Positions 9,288 to 17,941 of a DNA stretch of 64,000 nucleotides are shown piece after piece. The stretch lies in IMG/VR virus record IMGVR_UViG_3300042987_001178. The stretch is one strand, 5' to 3'. Each line of letters begins with the position of its first letter. Within the stretch, counting starts at the first letter, position 1. The DNA is from an uncultured virus (IMG/VR IMGVR_UViG_3300042987_001178) (Duplodnaviria; Heunggongvirae; Uroviricota; Caudoviricetes). Under the pieces are notes generated by a model. The model worked only from the letters and a program-made list of their open reading frames with translations, was not told where the DNA came from and made no database searches. The position numbers were made by a program, and so were the translations under genes.

Positions 9288-9581
9288 TTATTTTTTCTTG
9301 TTTTTCTTTTTCTTTTTTACCATTTTACCAGATTTGGTTTCTTCATAACCTTCATCTTCCATCTCATACTCTTTAGCTTCTTCAGCTTTAGATTCCATAC
9401 CTTCATGTTCTTCAGACATGTCTTCAGCATAGCCACCTTTTTTAAATCCAGGAACATTTCTTCCTTTTAAAATATCTGCTCTAGTAATCTCTCCATCTTT
9501 ATTTAAATCTGGAAAAGAACCTTTTGCAAAACCAACTCTAGCAATACCTGTTCCTCTTTTTTGTTTACCAAGACCAGCCAT
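9288..9581 (-). CDS. Small protein with EF-hand-like loop
   Basis: DLNKDGEITRAD fits the 12-residue EF-hand loop; FKKGG motif; acidic then poly-Lys tail. Confidence 0.6.
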   Translation of the reverse strand: MAGLGKQKRGTGIARVGFAKGSFPDLNKDGEITRADILKGRNVPGFKKGGYAEDMSEEHEGMESKAEEAKEYEMEDEGYEETKSGKMVKKKKKNKKK

Positions 9582-9730
9582 TATCTTTTACCCTTCATCA
9601 TTTTGCCTTTTTTCTTCATAGGCATATCTTTAGTAATCATATCTGCTTTTTTAGAGCTCATTTTTTTTGAAGAAGTTTTTCCACCCTTCATCATAGTAGC
9701 TCTTGGTCTTATACCGTAATCGTTTCTCAT
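9581..9730 (-). CDS. Met/Lys-rich 49-aa mini-protein (not in ORF track)
   Basis: MRNDYGIRPRATMMKGGKTSSKKMSSKKADMITKDMPMKKKGKMMKGKR; AGGAG RBS; stop overlaps the next start. Confidence 0.65.
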   Translation of the reverse strand: MRNDYGIRPRATMMKGGKTSSKKMSSKKADMITKDMPMKKKGKMMKGKR

Positions 9731-9739
9731 GTTATCTCC

Positions 9740-10165
9740 TTATCCGTTTTCTTGGTTGTTAGTCGGTTTGTTTGACATCGTTCTTGCAACCGACTCTGCT
9801 GAACGACCAATCACATACCCACCAAGTCCAACATTTAATAATGTCCAAACATCGCCGGGTAATTCAAAGGTTATAACTGCACCAAAGAATACTTTAATAA
9901 CAGGACCTATAACATAGTTCCACACTAAAATAAATATTAACACATACATCAATAAGGGTCTCCAGCTAGATGCAAACCATCCAGCTTTTGCTTCAGCTTC
10001 AATAATTCTTGATGCTGCTTGCAATTCTTGTGTATGAGATTGTAATAGTTGAGTTTGTAATTGTGCTTTTAATTTTTCTTGTAAATCTTTATCGGGAACA
10101 GCTTTTTCAATAGTGTTAAATAGAATCTTAGCTAATGGTGCAACAGCTCCAAGCATTGGTAGCAT
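9740..10165 (-). CDS. Holin (3TM/GTA-holin-like)
   Basis: IEAEAKAGWFASSWRPLLMYV...LGGYVIGRSAE with hydrophobic segments. Confidence 0.7.
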   Translation of the reverse strand: MLPMLGAVAPLAKILFNTIEKAVPDKDLQEKLKAQLQTQLLQSHTQELQAASRIIEAEAKAGWFASSWRPLLMYVLIFILVWNYVIGPVIKVFFGAVITFELPGDVWTLLNVGLGGYVIGRSAESVARTMSNKPTNNQENG

Positions 10166-10168
10166 TTT

Positions 10169-10408
10169 TTATTTCCATCCTTTTTTAGCTAATCTTGGTT
10201 TACCTTTTATTAAACCACCCATAGCTTTTTTCTTTCTATCACTTGGTTTTGAACTACTACCAGTAGCTTCTGAATAAGAACTTATGTCATCTCCGTAAAG
10301 ATCTGCAACTGTTAATCCAGTATCATAATCTTTTCCATCTGGACCTACCTGCATCAATGGATCATTGAATCCAGGAGTTATAGGTATTGATTTCTTTTTT
10401 CTTGCCAT
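10169..10408 (-). CDS. Small protein with C-terminal GG tag
   Basis: Ends KAMGGLIKGKPRLAKKGWK. Confidence 0.65.
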   Translation of the reverse strand: MARKKKSIPITPGFNDPLMQVGPDGKDYDTGLTVADLYGDDISSYSEATGSSSKPSDRKKKAMGGLIKGKPRLAKKGWK

Positions 10409-10411
10409 GGT

Positions 10412-10609
10412 TTACTTCCATCCTTTTTTTGCTAACTTTGGTTTTCCTTTTATAAGTCCACCCATTGATTTTTTAGATCTTGAAACGGGTTCTTCGTCTG
10501 TTGGTTTTTGAGGTTTAATTCCTAAATTTATATAATCTTCAAATTCTTCAAGAGCTTTTTCTAATTCATCATTAGGTTTAAATGAAGTAGGTATTTTTAC
10601 TTTACCCAT
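10412..10609 (-). CDS. Small protein with C-terminal GG tag
   Basis: Ends KSMGGLIKGKPKLAKKGWK; start moved to MGKVKIP to avoid overlap with the upstream ORF. Confidence 0.6.
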   Translation of the reverse strand: MGKVKIPTSFKPNDELEKALEEFEDYINLGIKPQKPTDEEPVSRSKKSMGGLIKGKPKLAKKGWK

Positions 10610-10613
10610 AAAT

Positions 10614-10970
10614 TTAATACCACTTAGCTGATCTTTTTTTCTCCGGAAGCATTCTTCTTTGTCCACCCACTGGCTCTACTTGTGTTTCTTGTGGATTAGA
10701 AGCTTGAATTTCAACTGATTGTGCGTAACCATCACTATTTAAAAATTGTGAATGATCAACTTGAGTTCCATATGCAGATCTAGATGAACTTTCAGTCACC
10801 GAACCACCTGTTGCCATTTTTTTTCTAGACATTCCTGCTTCAGATAAAGCAATAGCGATTGCTTGTTTAGGGTTTTTTACTTTTTCTTTTGATTGACCAA
10901 TGTTAAGTTCACCTTTTTTGAACTCTCTCATTACTTTACCAATCTTTTTTTGTTTTGGATCCATTTTCAT
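10614..10970 (-). CDS. Small phage protein (DUF6496-like)
   Basis: KVMREFKKGEL...KQAIAIALSEAG; MATGGSV. Confidence 0.6.
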   Translation of the reverse strand: MKMDPKQKKIGKVMREFKKGELNIGQSKEKVKNPKQAIAIALSEAGMSRKKMATGGSVTESSSRSAYGTQVDHSQFLNSDGYAQSVEIQASNPQETQVEPVGGQRRMLPEKKRSAKWY

Positions 10971-11007
10971 AGCTATAATATACTCCTTTTTTAGTTTTTA
11001 ACAATAA

Positions 11008-13467
11008 TTATTGTATTTTCTTGTTCATATCAGAAAATTGCTGTTTTGCAATTGAAGTTGCAGCCCTTAATTCAGCTAAATCTTCATTTTGTTGTAGTTT
11101 TTCTTGTGTATTCATTTGATTCATCATAGCTCTCATCTTATCTAGGTTGATTTTTTCTTGTCCTTCTTTTGCTTTTCTAGCATTTTCTTGAGCTACAAGG
11201 TCTAATTCTCTAGATTTAAGTTTAGCAATTGGATCATTATCAAACTGTGATGTAATTCTTTGTTCTTCCTTCATAAATTCATCCATCATTTCAGCAATTA
11301 AAATTGCTTTTCTAGATTCAATTTGCATTTGTAACTGTTGTACTTGCATTTGCACTTGAGGATTTTGTGCAGCCATTGGATCTTGAGACAATTGTTGTAG
11401 TTGTTGTAATTGAGTTGTGAATTCTATTTCAACTTGTTCTAAAGCCATCAAAGAAATATGTTCAAAAATATTTTTTTCTAATGAACCCATGATAACTGGA
11501 TTGTTTCTAGCAATGTTCGTTGACATAAAATTTAAATGCGCAGTGATGTGAGCTCTATGATCCTGTCCTCTAAATGCTTGGAAAGGTTTTCCAGATAAAG
11601 AATCAATATGTTCTAATGCTGGATCTTTTGGCATTGGTGGTTCTGGTACATTTAAAATTTTATCAATGTCTCTAACTCCTAAAGCTTCATACATTTTTCT
11701 GTAAGCTTCATATAAATTATGAATTTGTGGATTAGATTGAGCAAGTTGTAATTGAGTTTGTGCTAAACTAATTCTTTGAGTTTGTGAAAATATATTTGGA
11801 TCTGCAACTGGAACGATATCAACTCTATCATCAAAGTCTGTTTGTTTAATTGTTCTTTGTCCACCTACAACATCATATGGATATTCAGGAGGTAAGTATA
11901 ATGCAAATATTCTAGATAGTAATTTGAACTCTTGCTTCATTGAAGCATATAGTCGTTTGTGAATAGCAGACATTGTTCTGCTTCCTCTTTCCAGCAAAGC
12001 CACGGTCGTGCCCACTGCTGCTTGCTGATTCCCATCCCCTATTTGTATGTCAGCGATTGAAGCAAAACGCTGACCTGCTTGAACCACGACCCCCATTAAT
12101 TGTAATAAAGTTTGTGAAGGTTCTTTAAATGGTAAAGGCATAAATGCATCTCTCAAGTTTCCACCTGGAGCATCTACATCTCTAAACTCACCTGGCTGAA
12201 TAGGTTGTGCATCATCTCTAACTCTAATTCCTCTTTGTTTAAATCCAGAAGGTAAATTAGATAATGTTCCTGCATCTAATAATTGTCTTAATGCAGAAGT
12301 TGCAGTTCTAGATAATCCACCAATCATATGGATTAATCCAAAGCCATAGAATCCTAAACCTGGTAAAAATTTAAAGTGAACAAAATATTGGATCTTCTGT
12401 TTTCTAGGATCTCCAATATTATAGTTTCTACGAATAGATAAAATTTCACGAGAGCCTTCTTCTATCGTCACAATATAAGGAAGTTTAATTCCAGTCATTT
12501 CCCCGTTGGGATCACGATCTTCAAAGCCCTCGAGATCTAAGTTTACATGACATTCAATCAATGTAAAGATATCATTATTCTTTTCTTTTCTAATTCCTTC
12601 TAATTCTCTCTCTTTTGCTTTTAATTGATTATCAACATTATCCATAGATGGAGATAATTCTATATCTCTGTAGAATCCATTGACTTGTTGTTTTCTTAAA
12701 TCATTTTCTGTTGTTTTAATTACATGCATAACTGCATCCGCATCATCTAATGATGTTGCAGAATAAGGAACGATTAAATCGTCTGCTGGTACAAATTTTG
12801 AAACTGCTCTTTCAAGTAAAGAATCATAATAAACTTTTTTAAATGTAGATCCTGCAAGTGGTAAGTAAAATAACATCTGATCAAATTCAGGTTCATATTC
12901 CTTCATCTGATCCATGATTTGATAATTCATAAAGTCTTTAACTCTATTTGCTTGATCTTCTTTTTGTCTATCGTTTAATCCAACAACTTGAGTTCGCACT
13001 GGTCCATCTGCTGGTAATAATTCTTTATAAGCTAAAGCTTGAAATTGTGTAACGGCTTCTGCAAGTACAGGATGAGTTGCACCGCTTGCTCCTCTAAATG
13101 GTTCTGTTCTTCTTTCATATTTAAATCCAAGTAGATCTAAACCATCTGTGTAAGAAGTTTCCCAGTCTTGACGTGAAGATCTATACTCTTCATAGTTTTG
13201 ATAAAGTTCTGAACCTAAAGGCATTAAAACTTCTTCTGGTAATAATTCTGCTAAATTTGCAAAATGATCTGGAGTTTGTTCTTGATTAAAAGCTGCTGGA
13301 TCAAAATTAATTTCAACTCCACCATCTTCCATTGGTGTAATTTCTGTATCTCCTTGAGAAGGTATTTGTTCTTGAGTGTCAATAGTTTGTTCTATTGAAG
13401 CTTCTGGCCCTGCGATCTCAATAGTTTTTCTAACTTCGTTTGGAAGTGATTTGTCTATAGTTGCCAT
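11008..13467 (-). CDS. Portal protein
   Basis: 819 aa directly downstream of terL; HPVLAEAV..FQA, LPLAGSTFKKVYYD, GFYGFGL, Gln-rich C-term like P22-type portals. Confidence 0.85.
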   Translation of the reverse strand: MATIDKSLPNEVRKTIEIAGPEASIEQTIDTQEQIPSQGDTEITPMEDGGVEINFDPAAFNQEQTPDHFANLAELLPEEVLMPLGSELYQNYEEYRSSRQDWETSYTDGLDLLGFKYERRTEPFRGASGATHPVLAEAVTQFQALAYKELLPADGPVRTQVVGLNDRQKEDQANRVKDFMNYQIMDQMKEYEPEFDQMLFYLPLAGSTFKKVYYDSLLERAVSKFVPADDLIVPYSATSLDDADAVMHVIKTTENDLRKQQVNGFYRDIELSPSMDNVDNQLKAKERELEGIRKEKNNDIFTLIECHVNLDLEGFEDRDPNGEMTGIKLPYIVTIEEGSREILSIRRNYNIGDPRKQKIQYFVHFKFLPGLGFYGFGLIHMIGGLSRTATSALRQLLDAGTLSNLPSGFKQRGIRVRDDAQPIQPGEFRDVDAPGGNLRDAFMPLPFKEPSQTLLQLMGVVVQAGQRFASIADIQIGDGNQQAAVGTTVALLERGSRTMSAIHKRLYASMKQEFKLLSRIFALYLPPEYPYDVVGGQRTIKQTDFDDRVDIVPVADPNIFSQTQRISLAQTQLQLAQSNPQIHNLYEAYRKMYEALGVRDIDKILNVPEPPMPKDPALEHIDSLSGKPFQAFRGQDHRAHITAHLNFMSTNIARNNPVIMGSLEKNIFEHISLMALEQVEIEFTTQLQQLQQLSQDPMAAQNPQVQMQVQQLQMQIESRKAILIAEMMDEFMKEEQRITSQFDNDPIAKLKSRELDLVAQENARKAKEGQEKINLDKMRAMMNQMNTQEKLQQNEDLAELRAATSIAKQQFSDMNKKIQ

Positions 13468-13570
13468 TTAATTTTCCTGAATTTAATAGTGTAACCTTTT
13501 TATTAGGAATATTCAACCCTTGTGGGTTAGGTCCTCTTAAAGGTGGCACCGTTCTTGTTAATTTTTTCAT
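13430..13570 (-). CDS. 46-aa mini-protein between terL and portal (not in ORF track)
   Basis: MKKLTRTVPPLRGPNPQGLNIP...; start overlaps the terL stop. Confidence 0.45.
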   Translation of the reverse strand: MKKLTRTVPPLRGPNPQGLNIPNKKVTLLNSGKLNGNYRQITSKRS

Positions 13571-15054
13571 TAGTAATAACTTCTCTCTGTTCTTGGAAGT
13601 TCTTCATCTTTATAGTCTTCTGGGTGAGAAATCAAGCCACCTTGTCTAAATCGCATAACAGCTTGTGTCATAGAATCTACTAAATCGTCATGATCTCCAT
13701 ATGGAAAGGCAGCACATTCTTCAATAACCTCTTGTGCAAACTGTTTAGATTTAGGAGCCCATATCATTCCAGATTCAAATAAAGGTGCAACTGCATTTAC
13801 TCGTGCATGTTTATCATTACCTTTACTTGGTGAAAAATTTATAACGGGTATACCCATATTACGAAGTTCATAGGTTAATGGAAGTCCAGATGCTTTAGCC
13901 TCAACTAAAACAGTTTCAGGTTGCCAATACATATATTGTTCGTGGGCCATGCGCCTTAATTCTGGAAACTCTAAACGTTCTTTTCTAGCATCTAGTAAAA
14001 TTAATTGTGGACCAGAGTCCTCATTTAAATGAAACACGCCCCAGGTAGTAATTGCAGAAAAGTCTGCAGTTTCTTTTTTCATGAATGCGGTATCATAAGA
14101 TTGAATGACATGTTCAAGGGGTGGAATATATTCTTCAGTCCAGTCTCTCCACCATTCACGTTTAATAATAGCTCCTTCTTCTGCAGTTGGATCTTGCATA
14201 TATTGAGCATTCCATTTTGAAATACCAGCGGATGCTTTAACGGCTAGTAGATCTTCTAATTTCCAATATTCTGGCCAGCAAGGTTTACCACTTGGCATGA
14301 TCGCTGGAAACTCTACCACTTCCCATTGATCTGCTTTTTCTTCTGCTGCTTGAGCCTTGATTAGTTGTGCTGTTAAATCTTTTGTTGACCATCTAGTCAT
14401 AACTAAAACAATACGTCCGCCAGGCTGTAAACGTTGACGAGGTCCTGAAGTATACCACTCATATGCTTTATCAAAAGCTGTGGCTGAATTTACATCTTGC
14501 TCTGAATGTGGATCATCAATAATGAGTAGATCAGCACCTCTACCGGTCACCGCACCCTGGACACCGACAGCAAAATATTCACCACCTTGATCCGTTTCCC
14601 AACGACCAGCGGCTTTAGAATCTTCTTGTAATCTTGTATTAAATATTTCTCTGTATTCAGAAGAATCAATTAGGTTTTTAGTTTTACGACCGAAACGTAC
14701 TGCGAGCTCTGCAGTGTGAGTTGCTTGAATAATTTTTAATTTAGGATTATTTCCTATCATCCAAGCAGGTAAAAAGTAAGAAGCAAACTCAGATTTTGTA
14801 TGCCTAGGTGGCATATTGATAATTAATCTTTTTAATTCACCAGTTTGTAATCTATTAAACTTATCTGCAATTTCTTTATGGTGGAATCCTTCAATAAAAT
14901 CTGGCCAAATATATTTTACGAATTCAAGAAAATTAGTTTTAATATTATTTTTTTTAGCCTTTTCTATACGATACAAAACATTTAATTTTGTTTCCTTTCT
15001 TACTTTAGGGTCAGCTATCTTATTTAAATTTTTTATTTTTTCTATATCAAGCAT
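13570..15054 (-). CDS. terL: Terminase large subunit
   Basis: MPPRHTKS Walker A, LIIDDPH Walker B, VMTRW, QSYDTA and HDDLVDSMTQA nuclease motifs. Confidence 0.95.
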   Translation of the reverse strand: MLDIEKIKNLNKIADPKVRKETKLNVLYRIEKAKKNNIKTNFLEFVKYIWPDFIEGFHHKEIADKFNRLQTGELKRLIINMPPRHTKSEFASYFLPAWMIGNNPKLKIIQATHTAELAVRFGRKTKNLIDSSEYREIFNTRLQEDSKAAGRWETDQGGEYFAVGVQGAVTGRGADLLIIDDPHSEQDVNSATAFDKAYEWYTSGPRQRLQPGGRIVLVMTRWSTKDLTAQLIKAQAAEEKADQWEVVEFPAIMPSGKPCWPEYWKLEDLLAVKASAGISKWNAQYMQDPTAEEGAIIKREWWRDWTEEYIPPLEHVIQSYDTAFMKKETADFSAITTWGVFHLNEDSGPQLILLDARKERLEFPELRRMAHEQYMYWQPETVLVEAKASGLPLTYELRNMGIPVINFSPSKGNDKHARVNAVAPLFESGMIWAPKSKQFAQEVIEECAAFPYGDHDDLVDSMTQAVMRFRQGGLISHPEDYKDEELPRTERSYY

Positions 15055-15369
15055 AATGTTTAATTATGGTACCTTAAAAACTTTATACCCTACCCGGGTG
15101 TATAAATCCAGCACTAAAGGGTAACATCTGGGACCCCTTTTTTTGTTTTACCCTCTCCCCCCTCCTTGCTTAAAAGGTATTCGCCGACCCTTTGGGACCT
15201 CTCTCTCTTTCTCCGGGTGGGACCCGCCCACAGGTGTTTAGTGCGACAAGTTGTCGCACCCCCTAGTAATAGTAGTGATATATATGCAACGCACAAGTCG
15301 AGTGCATTATTTTGTTTAACTATTTATTTCATTTGATAATCTGGTTTTAATTTAACGAAAGAGGATAAT

Positions 15370-15606
15370 ATGAAAACAACACTAGAACAAGAACTAACAA
15401 CATTAAAAGAAATGTTAGTTCAAGCACACAACGACGCAAGAACAAGTAAACGCAAGAACATGTCAAGCTTTGGTGTATCTATGTTCTTATTAGGAACAAT
15501 AGTACAAACTAATGCATGTCTTAATAGACTTGATGAAATAAATAAAAAAGAACAGTTGGACAACATGGCTAATGATACTGTTCACCAACAGTTATTTGGT
15601 ATCTAA
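15370..15606 (+). CDS. Hypothetical early protein
   Basis: 78 aa; AACGAAAGAGGA RBS. Confidence 0.65.
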   Translation: MKTTLEQELTTLKEMLVQAHNDARTSKRKNMSSFGVSMFLLGTIVQTNACLNRLDEINKKEQLDNMANDTVHQQLFGI

Positions 15607-15608
15607 TT

Positions 15609-15758
15609 ATGGACATAGATATTAACTTAACTGAAACTGTTGCATGTTCCCTGTCTCAAGAGACAGGGACAGCAGTCCAAGAGTGCGAGTTCAAGGCCAA
15701 CTATATCACTGGAACTGACAACTCACTTGACGATCTAGAAGTAATCTCTGAAGAGTAA
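15609..15758 (+). CDS. Acidic 49-aa mini-protein (not in ORF track)
   Basis: MDIDINLTETVACSLSQETGTAVQECEFKANYITGTDNSLDDLEVISEE; ends just before a terminator. Confidence 0.5.
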   Translation: MDIDINLTETVACSLSQETGTAVQECEFKANYITGTDNSLDDLEVISEE

Positions 15759-15765
15759 TCTTAAG

Positions 15766-15793
15766 AACAACGCCCGGAGTTCCGGGCGTTGTT
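15766..15793. terminator. Bidirectional terminator between convergent early genes
   Basis: AACAACGCCCGGA-GT-TCCGGGCGTTGTT. Confidence 0.8.
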
Positions 15794-15811
15794 ATTCTTT
15801 AACGAAAAGAA

Positions 15812-16384
15812 TTATTTAGAAATTTGTGTAAAGGACTTAGGCACACGCACCTCGATTTGTGCTTGACCAAACACCTGCTCTAAGTTTTTCCATACGTCCT
15901 CAATAGACAGGCCAGAGTATAAAATGTTCTTAGCGTCCTCTATTCCATTTTGTAGATATTTAAAGAACTTACCTTTTTCAGAGTTCTTATATTTTTCCTC
16001 AAGTTCTTGTCGACAAGCTTTTTTAAGATTGTCTAGAACTTCATCTACAGTGTCAGCACGGCTTGAAATACTCCAGTCTCTAATGTCTGACCATTGATTA
16101 ACCTTTTCAAGTAATGCTTGTTTTCTCTTAATAGCATTTTGATTAAGAGCAGTCTCTTTAGCGTCTTTACTTTGCTTAAAGTCTTGATATTCCTTTTCAG
16201 CTTGTTCAGCGTCTTTAAGTAGTTTATCAAGTCTCAAAGTAGATACGAACTTATTGAAGTCCTTTTCTAATTGTTTTTGAACTTCAAGTTCGCACTGTGA
16301 ACGTATAGCGCTTTGCTTTTCTTGGAACTTGTTATTTATAAGTCGATCTAAATATTCAAGTTCTTGTTTTCTTATTGGTCTCAT
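15812..16384 (-). CDS. Hypothetical coiled-coil early protein
   Basis: 190 aa; AACGAAAGGA RBS and own TTGACA/TATAAT promoter. Confidence 0.75.
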   Translation of the reverse strand: MRPIRKQELEYLDRLINNKFQEKQSAIRSQCELEVQKQLEKDFNKFVSTLRLDKLLKDAEQAEKEYQDFKQSKDAKETALNQNAIKRKQALLEKVNQWSDIRDWSISSRADTVDEVLDNLKKACRQELEEKYKNSEKGKFFKYLQNGIEDAKNILYSGLSIEDVWKNLEQVFGQAQIEVRVPKSFTQISK

Positions 16385-16413
16385 ATTTTTTCCTTTCGTT
16401 GTTTGTTTCGCAT

Positions 16414-16443
16414 ATTATATCCTACACTATCCTATATTGTCAA
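16414..16443 (-). promoter_or_regulatory. Sigma70-type promoter with two T(G/A)TAGGATA boxes
   Basis: Minus strand TTGACA-N18-TATAAT; boxes at 16418-16426 and 16428-16436. Confidence 0.75.
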
Positions 16444-16605
16444 GCTCTAAATTTTTTATTTTTATTTTTTTTCTTTGGGTGGGACCCGCCCACAAGTGTT
16501 TAGTGTATTTTTTTCTTTTGCGGGTGGCGCCCGCCCACAAGTGTTTAGGCACCTGCGACACTATGTCGCATGTACATGAATATTAAATTAATATATAGTT
16601 ATATT

Positions 16606-16707
16606 TATCTCATTACTTGGGAATACCTGCAGAGTTCAGGTCAATGCATTATAATGAGATATACACGGCTTGGGTAGTGCCAAGGGGATTTTCCCAAAAC
16701 TACCCGA
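16606..16707 (+). ncRNA. Putative structured leader or small RNA
   Basis: Stems 16606-16615/16652-16661, 16625-16629/16637-16641, 16670-16678/16699-16707, 16685-16688/16692-16695. Confidence 0.45.
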
Positions 16708-16724
16708 ACAACGAAAGGAAAAAA

Positions 16725-16979
16725 ATGACTAAGTACATCCTTCAGGAGTTCGGTGAACAGAATGGAGAATTTACATATCATCACCAATATTTATATGAAA
16801 AAAAATCATATGATAAAATGAGTGAATTGGATATTTTAAATTCTTTTTTCAACACTCTACTAACTGAAGATAACAAAGCCAGTGATGGAGAGTACTGGGA
16901 TGGCAACAGAACAGTTTGGATTGGAAGTTCCAAAGACATCACTGCAAAAGACTACCAAGTGTTGAGTAAGTATATATGA
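16725..16979 (+). CDS. Hypothetical early protein
   Basis: Start reassigned to MTKYILQ after AACGAAAGGA RBS. Confidence 0.65.
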   Translation: MTKYILQEFGEQNGEFTYHHQYLYEKKSYDKMSELDILNSFFNTLLTEDNKASDGEYWDGNRTVWIGSSKDITAKDYQVLSKYI

Positions 16980-17152
16980 GTAAAACCTACACAGTTGTAG
17001 CTTACTACAAAGAAAAATTTTCTTATACTGTAGAAGCTAAAACCAAAGAAGAGGCAAAAGAAATTGCCTTAAAAAATCAAGCTGACTGGGAGAGGATTGA
17101 TGATTTTATGAATCACGAATCTCCAGTCATTACTCAAGTTATAGAAGAATAA
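16976..17152 (+). CDS. 58-aa mini-protein, DpnD/PcfM-like (not in ORF track)
   Basis: MSKTYTV...YTVEAKTKEEAKEIA; ATGA coupling; followed by a GC hairpin. Confidence 0.6.
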   Translation: MSKTYTVVAYYKEKFSYTVEAKTKEEAKEIALKNQADWERIDDFMNHESPVITQVIEE

Positions 17153-17160
17153 TTTCTAAC

Positions 17161-17178
17161 GGCGCCCGTAAGGGCGCC
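17161..17178. terminator. GC hairpin after early cassette
   Basis: GGCGCCC-GTAA-GGGCGCC. Confidence 0.6.
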
Positions 17179-17365
17179 ACAACTCCCAATTAAAAACTAA
17201 AAATTATAAGGCGCAAGCAAGCAAGCTCTAATTTTTTATTTTTTTATTTCGGGTGGGACCCGCCCACAAGTGTTTAGTGTGCCTGCGACAATATGTCGCA
17301 TTGACATAACCTTAGGTTGCAGGCTCCGTGAGCTATGAATCAGGGAACAAGGCGCAAGATACAAG

Positions 17366-17395
17366 TTGACAAGATGGGAGATTATAGGATATAAT
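17366..17395 (+). promoter_or_regulatory. Sigma70-type promoter with TATAGGATA box
   Basis: TTGACA 17366-17371, TATAAT 17390-17395. Confidence 0.75.
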
Positions 17396-17416
17396 AGAAT
17401 CAACGAAAGGTAAAAA

Positions 17417-17668
17417 ATGAGTAAAAAAAGAAACATCAAAACATTTTCAAGTGATGCTGATTATTTAATATGGACATATGAAAATGGGCTGAATGTTAAA
17501 ACAAAAGAAAACGAAAAACTAACTAAAGAGAATCGCAAACTTAAGCTTCAATTGATTAAGCTTAAAGCGATGCTATTGGTTAACACAAACGTAGATTGGA
17601 ATTTTTCAGAGGCGGATGCTAAAGAAGAATTTCAAAATCTATACAACTTAATGGAGAAAGCAATATGA
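17417..17668 (+). CDS. Hypothetical early protein
   Basis: 83 aa; AACGAAAGG RBS. Confidence 0.65.
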   Translation: MSKKRNIKTFSSDADYLIWTYENGLNVKTKENEKLTKENRKLKLQLIKLKAMLLVNTNVDWNFSEADAKEEFQNLYNLMEKAI

Positions 17669-17910
17669 GTCACTTTTATGGAAGGATATCTGAGTCAGCA
17701 AGAAAGACTCAGCCCACAGCTAGAGCGCATCACTCACTAAGAGTTGAGGCGCAGAGTTGGCAGGGGAAAATAGTTACCCGTTTAATACGGGGTAAGGATG
17801 GGGATCACTTCGAAGTATGGAGAGAGCCCCACGGCAGCAGCGGGGGTGAATACCTTCTGCTAGTACAGGGAAGGATCGACCTTAAAGATAAATTTGCAAA
17901 AGCTTCCTAA
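17665..17910 (+). CDS. Hypothetical early protein
   Basis: MSHFYG...AQSWQGKI; ATGA coupling. Confidence 0.65.
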   Translation: MSHFYGRISESARKTQPTARAHHSLRVEAQSWQGKIVTRLIRGKDGDHFEVWREPHGSSGGEYLLLVQGRIDLKDKFAKAS

Positions 17911-17918
17911 CGTTGTAA

Positions 17919-17941
17919 CTAGCCCCCTTCCTGGGGGCTAG
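17919..17941. terminator. GC hairpin after early cassette
   Basis: CTAGCCCCC-TTCCT-GGGGGCTAG. Confidence 0.65.
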
